Assembly (NCBI RefSeq): GCF_006345805.1
Contig: NC_043002.1
Coordinates: forward strand, 51,832,001 to 51,896,000
Length of the DNA stretch: 64,000 nt
Source: Octopus sinensis
Taxonomy: Eukaryota
Direction of reading: 5' to 3'
In this document: one piece after another, positions 1 to 11,802 of the stretch
How the letters are laid out: each line of letters starts with the position of its first letter
How positions within the stretch are numbered: position 1 is the stretch's first letter
Notes under the pieces: generated by a model
What the model was told of the DNA's origin: nothing
Database searches by the model: none
The model's input: only the letters and a program-made list of their open reading frames with translations
Program-made: the position numbers and the translations under genes

Positions 1-438
1 CGAGAAGAGTTGGTGGTTTTATTTGTCTCGGCAAAAGAGGTTGTATGAAGGATAAGACTGGAAGGGCTGAAGACAGCCACCTTCTCCTTTGGCCAAACCC
101 TCAGCCACTTTTTAAAGTCTCATTTGAAAAGTAAAATGAAGATATAGAGGGAAGTGCTACATTCCAGTAAATTTACTGAAAGATAGATACGTATGTCGTG
201 CATCGTCCGAGTGTCCGGGCCTGTTCCAAGCTTTCAGGCAACTCAGCGAAAGTACTTGGGTTTTGTGGGGTTTCCATGAATGGCTGTAGGAAATCATTCA
301 ACTTTTAAAGAACATTCCTTGGTTTCAAAATTTCGTTTCTTTTTATTTCCATTGTTTACAGCTTTTGTATGTAAAACCTGCTGCTTCGTTCTGTATTGTC
401 CTAGATCTTTTGGCGACCCTTTATAGTTAATAAAAAAA
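1..438 (+). mobile_element. 3' end of an L1/Tx1-like non-LTR retrotransposon (ORF2 C-terminus remnant, 3' UTR, A-rich end)
   Basis: Frame +1 reads ELVVLFVSAKEVV*RIRLEGLKTATFSFGQTLSHFLKSHLKSKMKI*REVLHSSKFTER*IRMSCIVRVSG. This resembles the AK-x-x-x-W-x-x-R ... F-x-x-R-W C-terminal pattern of L1/Tx1 ORF2, with two of the three stops at expected Trp positions. It ends in AATAAAAAAA (429-438) and aligns by eye with the fragment at 42634-42994. Confidence 0.6.
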
Positions 439-550
439 GCCTTCTTTCAGGGGTCAATACAATAAAGTATTAACCAACTACTGGAGACGATGGTATCGAG
501 TAATACGCTTCCCACAAAAACTGCTGGCCTTGTGCCTAAATTAGAAAAAG
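439..550 (+). mobile_element. SINE-A, old-type 3' half (host of the Tx1-like 3' end)
   Basis: gccttctttcaggggtcaatacaataaagta...ctgctggccttgtgcctaaattagaaa matches the post-B-box body and old tail of other SINE-A copies, e.g. 10208-10425. Confidence 0.65.
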
Positions 551-589
551 TTAATCCTTTTTCTACAGCAGGCATAATAAATGAAATTT

Positions 590-992
590 CCGTGGGGAAG
601 TGGTTAGTCAATTTCATCGTTCTACAGTGATGGGCTAGTAATTCGCTCATCGACCCCGAAAGAATGAAAGATAAATTCGACCGCGGCAGAATTTGAACTC
701 AGAACGTAAAACCAAGAGAAACACCTCTAAGCATTTTGCCCGGTGTTGCTAACAATTCTTATTTTTTTATTGCCCACAAGGGGCTAAACATAGAGGGGAC
801 AAACAAGGACAGACAAAGAGATTAAGTCGATTACATCGACCCCAGTGCGTAACTAGTACTTAATTTATCGACCCCGAAAGGATGAAAGGCAAAGTCGACC
901 TCGGCGGAATTTGAACTCAGAACGTAACAGCAGACGAAATACCGCTAAGTATTTCGCCCGGTGTGCTATCGATTCTGCCAATTCGTAGCCCT
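590..992 (-). mobile_element. Nested SINE-A pair (young copy 761-992 joined to older copy 590-760)
   Basis: A-box-like TGGCAGAATCG and B-box-like GAGTTCAAATTCC are present. The young tail ...gtgggcaataaaaaaat is joined directly to aagaattgttagca of a second head. Confidence 0.85.
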
Positions 993-1544
993 TAGTCGTC
1001 TTAGAAAGAATAATGATAATTATTATTGTTGTTGTTGTAGTTGTTGTCGTCGCCTTCATAGTCGTTGTTGCTTTTGTTCGCATATTGATTCAGTTATAAG
1101 AAAAACCACAAGATAGAGAATAAAATATTTAAGGTCATTCGACCATGAATATTTCCTTCTCTGGTTTGTTTATAAATTGTAGTTCGCTGTAATTTTGTGG
1201 TCAAAATAAATGAATTGAACTGAATGGATATAAAAATAAAATACAATACAATAAAATGAAATGCTGTTAGACAATACTATGTGATCAGACAGGGAGGCAG
1301 AGAGCCAAGCTTGAGAGTGTAGATGGTCAGTGAGGCGGTAATGGTGGTGGTGGTAGTGGTGGATGAAAAAGATGTAAAGTCGTCAAGTGCTATTTGATAA
1401 TGCATATGAATAAAAATTACAGCTTGTAAATAATTTAATAGTAATGAAATTAATTTTCAGTTATTTGTATTCAAAGCGGGTATGCGGACAATGTTATGGG
1501 TGTATGTGATTTGCTCTTGTATATACATATATATATCTTCTTTT

Positions 1545-1780
1545 TCTTTTACTTGTTTCAGTCATTGGACTGCGGCCATGCAAGGGTGGGAGAGGAACAC
1601 TTTGAACGGTTTAGTCGAACAAATCGATCCAACTACAAATTCTTTAAAAGTCTGGTACTTATTCTATCGCTATCTTTTTTCCGAACTGCTAACTAACGGA
1701 GACGTAATCAAAGCAGCACTGGTTGTCCAAAGGTAACAGATTGTTAGATAGAGTGATAGCTAGATGCAAATACACAAACA
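1545..1780 (-). mobile_element. SINE-B family copy (second SINE family)
   Basis: ttttacttgtttcagtcattggactgcggccatg...gtcgaacaaatcga...ccgaactgctaa recurs at 3870, 10670, 35270 and 35845. Confidence 0.7.
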
Positions 1781-2085
1781 TATATTCATACATGCATATA
1801 AGTGTGCTTGTTTTTATACATGTGTGTGTGTGAGTGTGTGTAGGTATATATAAATATATATATATATATACAAAATAAGAAAATGGAGAAACATATCTTA
1901 ATCAATGATCAACTACCAGATAATACCCAATCACATAATTTATTAAACCACTACACATGAACATTAAGGTCAAACGTAATAATATAGAAAAAAACAATAT
2001 ACATGAAAGAGTAATATGATACAATAAGTACAGTATGTATAAGTGAATATAAATAAATACAAATATAAATATAAATATAAACTAC

Positions 2086-2212
2086 ATCTTACAGCTGTTT
2101 CGGCCATGCAGATATGGGTGTCTCATTATGCTCATATTAGCCATGTGTGATAGGTCAATATGCAGTTGTAAATGAGACACTTACAAAAATATCACAAGGC
2201 CTCTTCAGAGAC
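2086..2212 (-). ncRNA. Type I hammerhead ribozyme motif, Penelope-type, with long stem II insertion
   Basis: Minus strand reads GTCT-CTGAAGA-GGCC...(~90 nt)...GGCC-GAAA-C-AGCT-GTA-AGAT. The core is intact, stem III is palindromic (ACAGCTGT), the cleavage triplet is GUA and stem I is GTCT/AGAT. Confidence 0.65.
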
Positions 2213-2979
2213 TATGAAATACAAACTAAATTAAATATGAATATCAGAGGAGGTACACCCATACAAAAGTGGGTACATACCCATAATATATAATATACAC
2301 ATACATATGAGTGCATATACCCATACTCCTATACATATATATATATATATACATATACATAATAATATAAATCAATATAAATACATATGTTCTATATTCA
2401 ATGTTACAGTTGGTCAACATAATATTATATTACAATATAGAAAACATACATATATTCATATTCAAATGCAGATATACAAAGTCAAGAGTTCATTATATTA
2501 AGTTACAAAATGTCATTAATATTACCATCATTACTATTATCATTACCACTATTTCTACTAATATCATTATTATTATTATTATTAATAACATTTATACCAG
2601 CAAAACAATATATGCATCACGCGGTTAGCAACATAATAGCAAAAACAACAACAACAATAATACTACAGTACCATGCAAAGCATTAAAGTTCGGCATATAC
2701 ATATAAAATGAAAAATGAGAGACATTGGTTTGCATGATATTAAGTTCCACAAGTGTACAAACATACATGCGATTGCAGGCTATAATTTCGACTGAGACAC
2801 GTATAAAGTATTACGTTCAGAAATAGTTAAGAATCGAGCGCTAAATATGATTGGCCGTTATATTTAAATTTCAATTGTCTTCGTTACGGTTGGTTTGTTA
2901 AGAAACACCCACACACGCACACATGCAAACGTGCGCCCACACACGGTTTTGAAAGCAAAGACGAAAAAAATTATTCTTT

Positions 2980-3150
2980 GTGATCACGTGACTGTTTAAA
3001 GCGTAGGCGGTATGATTTTGGCGTAATTTTACGGTGTGGGCGAAGTATAAAGACTACTATTGCCCACGTGACGAGTTGGTTGGAGCTGGGAGTTCGTGCG
3101 GGAAGCTGGTTTGCTGAGCTCGCCTACGTGGTCTGTTGTGCTGTAAGTGG
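2980..3150 (+). promoter_or_regulatory. Possible promoter or first exon (CpG-enriched, two CACGTGAC E-boxes, GTAAGT donor)
   Basis: CACGTGAC occurs near 2985 and 3065, an ACTAC-like motif is at ~3053 and a GTAAGT donor is at 3143-3148. The stretch is locally CpG-rich and non-repetitive. Confidence 0.3.
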
Positions 3151-3204
3151 TTTCAGGAGGCCGTGTGCGGCGTAATAATACATATATATGGCCACAACCT
3201 CAAG

Positions 3205-3428
3205 GCTGATGGTGAGCTGGCAGAAACGTTAGCACGCCGGACGAAATACGTAGTCGTATTTCGTCTGCTGTTACGTTCTGAGTTCAAATTCCGCCGAGGT
3301 CGACTTTGCCTTTCATCCTTTCGAGGTCGATAAATAAAGTACCAGTTTCGCACTGAGGTTGATGTTATCGACTTAATCCCTTTGTCTGTCTTTGTTTGTC
3401 CTCTCTGTGTTTAGCCCCTTGTGGGCTA
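3205..3428 (+). mobile_element. SINE-A, young-tail copy
   Basis: Head ggtgagctggcagaaacgttagcacgcc, B box gagttcaaattcc, tail ...tttagccccttgtggg running into (TA)n. Confidence 0.9.
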
Positions 3429-3536
3429 GTATATATATATATATATATATATAAAGTTAATCCAAACATGAAAACACCAAGAGAAAACACAACGTGGAAC
3501 AAATATAGTATTATTGGACGCTCAGGAAGGAAGGGA

Positions 3537-3585
<49 letters not shown>

Positions 3586-3869
3586 TAGATATATAGATAT
3601 CACCGTGATCGACCAGGCTATCAGATGTTGCTACACATCGCAGGTCACAATGCGTTTCGCATTGTTTTAGCCTTCAAATGACGCCACCCCGCTGGCTAAG
3701 CGAGCAGGCCAACAGAAGAAAGAGTGAGAAAAAGTTGTGACGAAAGAGTACAGCAGGGATCGAAAGAGTAGAGCTGTGTATCGTGTTACAATCTTTAGTT
3801 CCTCAACAGCTAATGAGCCGAACAGTCAACGAAACAACTTGCTGTTTTACGGGCCAGCTTATCTTTTAT

Positions 3870-4150
3870 CTTTTACTTGTTTCAGGGTTTCCTCGAACAA
3901 ATCAACCCTAGTACTTACATTTTTAAAGTTTGGTAATTATTCCGTCGATCTTTTTTGCCAAAACCGCCAAGTTACGGCAACGTAAACAAACTAGCACTTG
4001 TTATCATGTGGTGGTAGGATCATACTCAAACACATAGATACACACAAACATGTCCGAAGGGCTTCCACGCAGTTTCTGCCTGTCGTATTCATTCACAAGG
4101 CATTAGTCAGCCCCGGGGCTATAATAGAAGACGCTTGCTCAATGTGCTTC
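3870..4150 (-). mobile_element. SINE-B family copy
   Basis: Similar to 1545-1780 and 35845-36250. Confidence 0.6.
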
Positions 4151-4439
4151 TTTTAATCCTCTATCACTATCCATCTGTTTTTAGTTTTTGTTTTTATTTT
4201 GGGGTTTCATTTTAGTGTCACCAGTTACACATGGTACCAGGAATTTGCTTGGTGTCGTCAAAGTGGAAAAGTGATTTTTAAGTTTTTGAAAAATTGAAGC
4301 AAAAAGGCAAAAGATGTAGAAATACGGCTACTACTCGTTAATTTCAAATTAAACTTATCAAAGACGAGGGTCTTCCAGCGACCCCTAGCGCTCCCCAAGT
4401 ATCTTAACGCCTCTTAGTGCCTCTTTTCTCCAAAACGTT

Positions 4440-4500
4440 CCCCTCGAGCTACAAATGGCTCCTCCGGAGGGGCCATATGGCCCCCGTTGAGAACCTTTGC
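4440..4500 (-). mobile_element. hAT/Charlie-like terminal fragment
   Basis: Minus strand gcaaaggttctcaacgggggccatatggccc resembles the terminus of the MITE at 23720. No partner end was found. Confidence 0.4.
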
Positions 4501-4699
4501 GCTAGACCAAACGAATAAAAAAAAAAACGTAACTAGAGGTGAGGCAGTTTTTGACGTTGCTCTGTTCAAAATTAGATCTGAAAAGTAATCCAACGAAAAC
4601 TTCGGCAAGAATTTCATTCCGCCAAAGTCGCTGAATGAAGATGGTACACATAACGAGCAGACAAGCTTGATCAAAATATGGCGTCTAGTAATTTCTTGA

Positions 4700-5175
4700 A
4701 CTCTCCGCCGAAATATTAGATTTGTAGAGGAATAATTTATCCCAGATTTATTGTTGTTGAGCTCCAGATTATCTTTGAGCAAACCTATGACTAAAAGCTT
4801 TCATGCCATGATGCATCTTGACATTTTTTTCTCTGCCTTTTAAACTAATCCATATAGAAGTACATTATTTAAGAGTTTACCTCCTTTTAGGTGTGATCTG
4901 ACCGAGATTTTGCTGCTATTTCTAGCATGTCGAAAGACCATATAAATGTTCTCATGCTAACTTACATGACCAGAGATTTTCATCAAGGTCCTACTACTTG
5001 AGTATTTATGTTTAATTTTATACAGTTTGTCCTTTACAGTTTCGAGGTAAGGTCTTAAAAATCTCTTTAAAAATTTGTATGATCTGTGATAATTTATATC
5101 TGTGGCAAGTTTCAATTTAGCAAGTCCCAAAATGTCAATTCTGAGATTTAATGAAGCAAAACCTTCTTCAATCAA
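4700..5175 (-). pseudogene. Possible degenerate Penelope-like reverse transcriptase fragment
   Basis: Translations SYKFLKRFLRPY..., HENIYMVFRH and KDNLELNN weakly resemble PLE RT motifs. The sequence is heavily decayed. Confidence 0.3.
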
Positions 5176-5253
5176 AATAAATTCCTAACTTCTAACATCC
5201 GCCACACATAGCAAATTTCAACTGATTTTGTCACTTGGTTGCTGAGATTTCAG

Positions 5254-5403
5254 GTCGAAGTTCATTATATGAGGACACAGCAGCAACAGCAGCCGTTCAT
5301 GAATTTGGACCTGGAGATCTCCATTTCCAGCGACTTCGAGGGCCACCTCCCAGTGGCGTCGGGCGTCAACGAAGAACCCTCGTCTACAACAAGACGACCA
5401 TAG
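5254..5403 (+). CDS. Candidate coding exon or short ORF of unknown gene
   Basis: Preceded by an acceptor-like ...gatttcag. Reads VEVHYMRTQQQQQPFMNLDLEISISSDFEGHLPVASGVNEEPSSTTRRP*. It is GC-richer than the background, but no homolog was recognised. Confidence 0.25.
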   Translation, partial: VEVHYMRTQQQQQPFMNLDLEISISSDFEGHLPVASGVNEEPSSTTRRP

Positions 5404-5489
5404 TTTTTTTTTTTTCGAAGGTCTGGGGTCTCTCGTCCCTAAGCCCTAGATCATCACCTAATCACCCTTACCCGTCTTGTTGCTTAACA

Positions 5490-5625
5490 ACAACAACAGC
5501 AGCAACAGCAGCAGTGGTGACAGCAGCAGTGGTGGCAGCAGCAGTAGTCGCAGCAGCAGCAGTAGTAGCAGTAGTTGCAGCAGCAGTAGCAGTGCAGTGA
5601 CTACTACTGCTGCTACAACAACCAG

Positions 5626-5722
<97 letters not shown>

Positions 5723-7060
5723 TCCTCCATTAAAAGCAGCCCAACTTTTACCCCCACTACCACCACAGCAGCTACTTTGTCCCGTTGTGTTTCTTTTGCG
5801 GTGGAGGCGACGTCTGAGTGGTGATGCTGTTTAGAATGCTTTAAGTACAAATACCACATTCTAAATTATCATAAATCTAATGAAATCGAGTGGGACGAAG
5901 AGTTAGCGTTCAGAAGAAGACAGTGTCGGAGATTTGCCATTACGAAACAATGTATCCATCTGCTCATCTGCCGTTCACAACCATAACAAACGATAAACAT
6001 ATTCAAAAAAAAAAAAAAAAAACGAAAAATAGAAAAGAAAAGAAGAGGGAAAAAAAAACGTGGGGAGATGGATTGCAATGCAACGTTTCAAAACATCGTC
6101 CAGATGGTCTTTTCGATGTTAGGAGTTAGTTGTTGCAAAGTCGGAGAACAGGCAGGACATGGCAATATAATCGTAATTGGTCATCAGTAGCTTAATAGGT
6201 AGACGCTGGGATATTTTTTATTTATTTATTTATTTATTTGTTTGTTTGTTTTTAGCCTGTGAAAAACCCCTGGAAAGAACAAAGCTCGTCGTAATAGTTG
6301 GATTCCATATTGCTTTGTCAGTAATGGCGTCGAAATTGACGGAGATGGCACGCTGGAAAGACCTGGTTGAAAATGTTGACTGGCTGGCTGGCTCGCTCGC
6401 TTGCTGCAGAAAATGTCAGTAGGGGATCTTTGGGACAGGAATAAGAATAGTATTACCGTATTACCGTTACGGAAGTGGTGGGTGTTAGCCTGGTTTGGGA
6501 AAAAAAGAAAGAGGCGAAGAAGAAATGATACGGCTGGTCACTGTTCACAGATGGTTAGATTTGAGGAAATTATAACAAGACAATGAATCAGAGCGCTCAC
6601 AGCAGGGAAGTGAAAAAGTAAATGATCGTGTCATTCTTTTCGTTAGCTGCTTTTGACAATGATGTTGCTGACTTCGTCAAGGTCGCCATGGCCACTTCAC
6701 TTCTTGCTTCTGTTCCCCGCCATTTCTCAAAGCCATCATAGTTAAATATAACTGCGATTTATTCCCATCGCTGTTGTAACTTCATTTGTTTGTGTTTGTT
6801 TGTTTCTTTTTCTTCTTTTCTCCTTTTTTCCTCCTCTTTCTTCTTTCCTCCTCCTCTTTTCCTTATCCTCCTCCTTCTTCTCTTTTCCCATCCGCTTCCT
6901 CCTCCTCCACCACCACCTCCTCCTCGTCCTCCTCCTCGTCCTCCTCTTCCACCACTACCTCCTCCTCCTCCTCCTACTACTACTATTACTACTACTACTA
7001 CCACTACTACTACTACTACTACCACCACTACTACTCCTCCTCCTCCTCCTCCTCCTCCTC

Positions 7061-7096
<36 letters not shown>

Positions 7097-7220
7097 TTCT
7101 CTTCCTTTTCCTCCTTTCCTTCTCTTCTGCCTCCTCCTCTTCCTCCTCTTCATTCTCTTCCACAACATTACCATTAGCTGCTTCCATTGCCTGTTAACTG
7201 CGCTACCATCGCTATCAGCA

Positions 7221-7252
<32 letters not shown>

Positions 7253-8290
7253 AACAACACCATCACCACACCGTCATTTCAGCTGTTACTGGAGAGGTTG
7301 TATGTAATGGTTTAACTTGCTACAGATAGCCGATATAAGCAAGACTACAGGATGGTCACGATTAGAACGACTTTGATGATAGATCTGCTCATTTAGAGCT
7401 TAACAACAAGCAACAATAAGAACAACGACGAAATACTAGAATATTTTTGACCATCAAAAGCGAAACTTACTCCTACGGCCACCTAAAACCATTTCCGCCA
7501 TTATACGAACTTTTGCGACATCAACCTGACATTAACGACAGCTGACATCGACGCCATCACCACCACCACCTTCAATACTATCGTTGTCATTCACCACCAC
7601 CACCACACCACCACCACCAGTACCTCCTCAGCACCACCACCAGTACCACCACCACCACCACCACCACCAATACTATCGTTGTCATCATCACCACCACTAC
7701 CACTACCGCCATCATCACAATGATCGCCAACACCACCACAAACACCAGCACCAACAACAACACACCACAAATTACCACCACAACCACCGCCACCGTCATC
7801 ATAACCACTACCATCAGTACAACTACTGCCATCACATTCCCTCACCACTAAAACACTACAACCACCACCACTACCACAACCACCACAATCATTATTCAAT
7901 TAACTTTTCTCTTTCCCAATCTCACAACCATCTATGTATTCGATCATCAGTGCCATCAACCATCATTATCACCACCATTAAAATTGACTTTCATCCTTAT
8001 GCTACCAGTATCATCATCATGTCACCACAACCGCTACCGCATCACAATCAATATCATCACTGCTACCTCCTCCTTCTCCTCCACCTCCTCTTCATCATCA
8101 TCATCGCCATCATCGTCATTATCACCGCCATCATCATCATCATCGTCATTATCATCATCATCATCGTCTTCGTCGTCGTCATCGTCGTCGTCGTCGTCAT
8201 CATCATCATCACCCCTCCTCCTCCCCCATTATTGTCATGGTTGTTGAGGTTGTCATCGTCATCATCATCATCATTGTCGTCATCGTGGCA
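5490..8290. repeat. Cluster of compound trinucleotide repeats (CAG/TAC, TCC/TAC, CAC/CAT/GTC)
   Basis: Directly visible blocks at ~5490-5770, ~6830-7270 and ~7550-8290. Confidence 0.95.
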
Positions 8291-8558
8291 GAGAAAAGTA
8301 GTGAAAAGCAGTGAAGCCTTTTCGTGGTTGCTGACCTGTTAGAAGTAGTAGTCAAACATTCTTCCGATGACATACCATTGTCATAAAAAAGGAAATGAAA
8401 TAAGAAAAAGAACGGATGTGTAGTCCTGGAAACACAAAAAGGACACGGCTAGAACATAGCAACTAGTTTCGATAGGCGTCCACAACCGCCCGCTAGTCAG
8501 GCAATACCGTAGGTTGAAGTTCCACTGTAGCTTTCTATAGAGCGTAAGTGGCGGCAAC

Positions 8559-8572
8559 GTTGCCAAGGAAAC
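8559..8572. promoter_or_regulatory. RFX X-box-like motif GTTGCCAAGGAAAC
   Basis: 14-bp match to the GTTGCC-NN-GG(N)AAC X-box pattern, overlapping the palindrome GGCAACGTTGCC (8553-8564). Confidence 0.35.
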
Positions 8573-9149
8573 CCTGAGCGTCGAAGAAAATCATCTGGTT
8601 ATGCTGTTCTTCGGGACTTTCGGTCCATGAATTATTTTCAGAAATCCCTTCGAACAGATCAGCAACCACAAAAAGGATTCACTAGTTTTCTCTGCCACGA
8701 TGAAGACGACGACGATGATGATGATGACGACGACGACCTCAACAACCACGACAATAATGGGGGAAGAATGAGGAGGACGAGGAGGAGGAGGAGAAGGGGT
8801 GATGATGATGATAATGATGATGATGCTAAGAGGCATTACCAGTTCGGAATAAACTGTGCACGCACATAAATACCGTCAGCAAGGTTTGTCTGAGAGACGA
8901 AGCTGTCCTGCTTGCACTCGTTTAGTTCTTGAGCATTAATGACTTGTGGAGTTATGATGAACACCTGCTGTCGCGTGTAGGACGAATCCGGCAATCAGCT
9001 GAATCCATTGTGAAGATCATCCCCCTCCCCTCACTTTCTGTGGTCGGGAAAGATAGGCAACTTTCATGCCTGGTGGTTTGGCGAAAGAGGTTCATTGAAG
9101 ACATCGCACAGTATCCAATACTGTGATGTTGATTGAAGATACTGTGTGC

Positions 9150-9575
9150 TGGGGATTTGGACAGTCTGTAAAATCACAACAAAGACCTCAGACCAGCAGT
9201 GCTTTACGCAGTTCCAAGTAAAGCCGATTTTTACTACTCGCCAAGATTGTAGGGTATTTCTAAAGTGTCCAGATGTTTGTTTAGGCTGGATTGTGTTGAA
9301 CCCAATGTTCCGATGACAACAGGAATAACCTTTATGTTCGAGTCTTGCAGCTGCCACATCTTGGCGATCTTGATTTTCAGGTCTCCATATTTATCAACTT
9401 TTTCTCTTTCATTCATAATTTGTTGATCTCCTAGTACTGCCACGCCGATTATTAAACACTCTTGCTTTTCTTACCTAAAGGCTACTATATCCAGCTTTCG
9501 GTGCTCTAACACCTTGTCTGTTTGGAAGTTAAAGTCTCAGAGGATCTTTGCCTTCTAGTTTTCATCCATTGCCCT
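9150..9575 (-). mobile_element. R4/Dong-clade retrotransposon 3' remnant (restriction-like endonuclease domain)
   Basis: Reads ...DFNFQTDKVLEHRKLDIV...CLIIGVAVLGDQQIMNEREKVDKYGDLKIKIAKMWQL...IPVVIGTLG...KSALLGTA, colinear with the endonuclease at 31626-32000. Confidence 0.8.
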
Positions 9576-9983
9576 TTCCGCAACAAATACCGCCAACTCA
9601 ACTTTGCCTTTCATCCTTCCGGGCCGGTAAAATAAAGTACCAGTCAAGTAATAGGCGATGTAATCAAAATAAATTTTCTCCCACCAAAATCTTAAACTAT
9701 TTCTATTAATGTTTTTCAACGAGAGCTGACTTATTTATGTCAGTTCTTTCTGTAGGTTTTGCATAAAGCCGGATCTTTCAAAATTCGAAGAATTTTTACA
9801 TGTATGAATCTGTTTACAAAGCTACCGAATCTTCATTCAGTTTATTCTGGGTCCGTTTTATCAAAATTAAAAAGTCGGTGATAGAATTCTATCGAACATC
9901 TTCCATTTTTCTTGGATAGGTTCTTTTCGTTTAGGGATTGACATCATCTTCAGAAAATGTTATTAATATTTTAGTATGTTTTA

Positions 9984-10425
9984 AAGTGGTGAGCTAGCTG
10001 AATCGTTAGCACGCAGGACAAAAAGGCTCCACGGCATTTTGCCCGTCTTTACGTTCTGATTCCGCCGACGTCGATTTTACCTTTTTATTCTTTTGGGCTC
10101 GATAAAATAAGTAAAGCTTGAGGACTGGGATCGATGTAATCGACTTTCCCTCCCCCGGAAATTGTTGGTGTTTTGCCAAAATTTGAAACCAATACTTTTG
10201 CATGTTTTAAGGTGGTGAGCTGGTCCAATCGGTTACACGCCAGACAAAATGCTTAACTGCATTTCACTTACCTTTACGTTCTGAGCCCAAATTACGCCGA
10301 GGTCGACTTTGCCTTTCAACCTTTCAGGGTCGATAAAATAAGTATCAGTTGATCATTGGAGTTCATTTAATCCACTTATCCCGTTCCCCGAAATTGCTGG
10401 CCTTTTGCCAAAATTTCAAATCGCT
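9984..10425 (+). mobile_element. Two tandem old-type SINE-A copies
   Basis: Heads at ~9985 and ~10210, each ending in ...gcc(a)aaattt(g/c)aaa. Similar ttt(g)catgtttt spacers flank the copies. Confidence 0.8.
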
Positions 10426-10669
10426 ATTTTTCATGCTTTGCCGCTTAACCTCCACTCGTTTTACAAGGCAAGGATTTTTCCTTATTCAATTGCCTTTTCG
10501 TTAAAATAATATATTTTAAAACATTTTGACATTGCTTTTATTTGACTTCATCCATAATGGTGTCAAGCTAACAGAACAACGCCTACCAAAGTGACAAATT
10601 CATTTCTACGACCCCAATACAAAAATATAAAACCAAATCTCTCAAACAAAAACTAAAACAAACGTTATC

Positions 10670-11000
10670 TCTTTGGACCGCAGCCATACTGGAGCACCGC
10701 CTTGAAAGGTTTAATAATAAAAAGAAGTCAAATCGCCCCCAGTACTTTTTTTTAAAAGTCTGATACTTATTTTATCGGCATTTTTACCGAACCGCTGAGT
10801 TATGAGGACGTAAACAAGCCAACACTAGTTTTGAAGCGATAGGACATACACAAAGACATACATACAGCGGGCTTCCTCACAGTTTCCGTCAACCAAATTC
10901 AGTCACGGAATATTGTTCCACCCAAGTAGAAGAAACTTATTGCACAGTGAGACAAAACGCAAAACAACGGGGTCACAGAGCGAGTTTCTTAACCACACTG
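10670..11000 (-). mobile_element. SINE-B family copy
   Basis: ccgcagccatactggagcaccgccttgaa...gggcttcctcacagtttccgtc... Confidence 0.7.
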
Positions 11001-11440
11001 TCATATTTACGCTTATTTCTTTTTTAAAAAAAATATTTATTGAATGATTTCCAATAATAATTCAGTGACGAAGATAACAAAAGAAAAAAAAACAAACAAA
11101 ATAAAATAGAATAAAACAATAACATTGAAACTCACACACCGACACAAACGTCACACAGTAGAAATGTACAAATAGATGCATACTTTTCTACCAAATTTCT
11201 CAGTTTTGCTCTTATTGATATGAAACCATTCAAACCATTGATATAGATGTGTAGTCGGAAACGGATCAGTGGCAAAGTCATTCTTTTCTAGGATTCCCAA
11301 ACACCTTGCTCAAAGGATTCAACTAGGAGCGAGTATTAAGAAAAATCTTTGCCTAACGAAAAGAGAGGAATTTTCTCTGTGACCTCGAAGAGATAAAAAA
11401 AAAAGGCTATAACAAATGTCCAGATTAAACACTCATCTTA

Positions 11441-11802
11441 CTTGGCAGGAACGTTAGTACACCAGACAAAATGCTTAGCGGTATTTCGTCTGCCGTTACG
11501 TTCTGAGTTCAAATTCCGTCGAAGTCGACTTTGCCTTTCATCCTTTCGGGGTCGATAAATTAAATGCCAGTTACGCACTGGGGTCGATATAATCGACTTA
11601 ATCCGTCTGTCTGTCCTTGTTTGTCTCCTTCGTATTTAGCCCCTTGTGGGTAGTAAAAAAATAGATATTTCGTTCGCCTTTACATTTTGAGTTCAAAACG
11701 GGTTCGATAAAATAAGTACCAGTCAAGCACTGGATTCGATGAAATCGTCTTACACCCTCCACCAAAATTTCAGGCATTGTGCCTATAGTAGAAAGTATTA
11801 TT
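11441..11802 (+). mobile_element. Composite SINE-A (young copy inserted in older copy)
   Basis: Young tail gtgggtagtaaaaaaat is joined at ~11663 to agatatttcg of an old-type body. Confidence 0.85.

Noticed and set aside
6255-6422. Acceptor followed by ORF MASKLTEMARWKDLVENVDW…
   Set aside because: There is no recognisable homology or convincing donor, so it is left unannotated.
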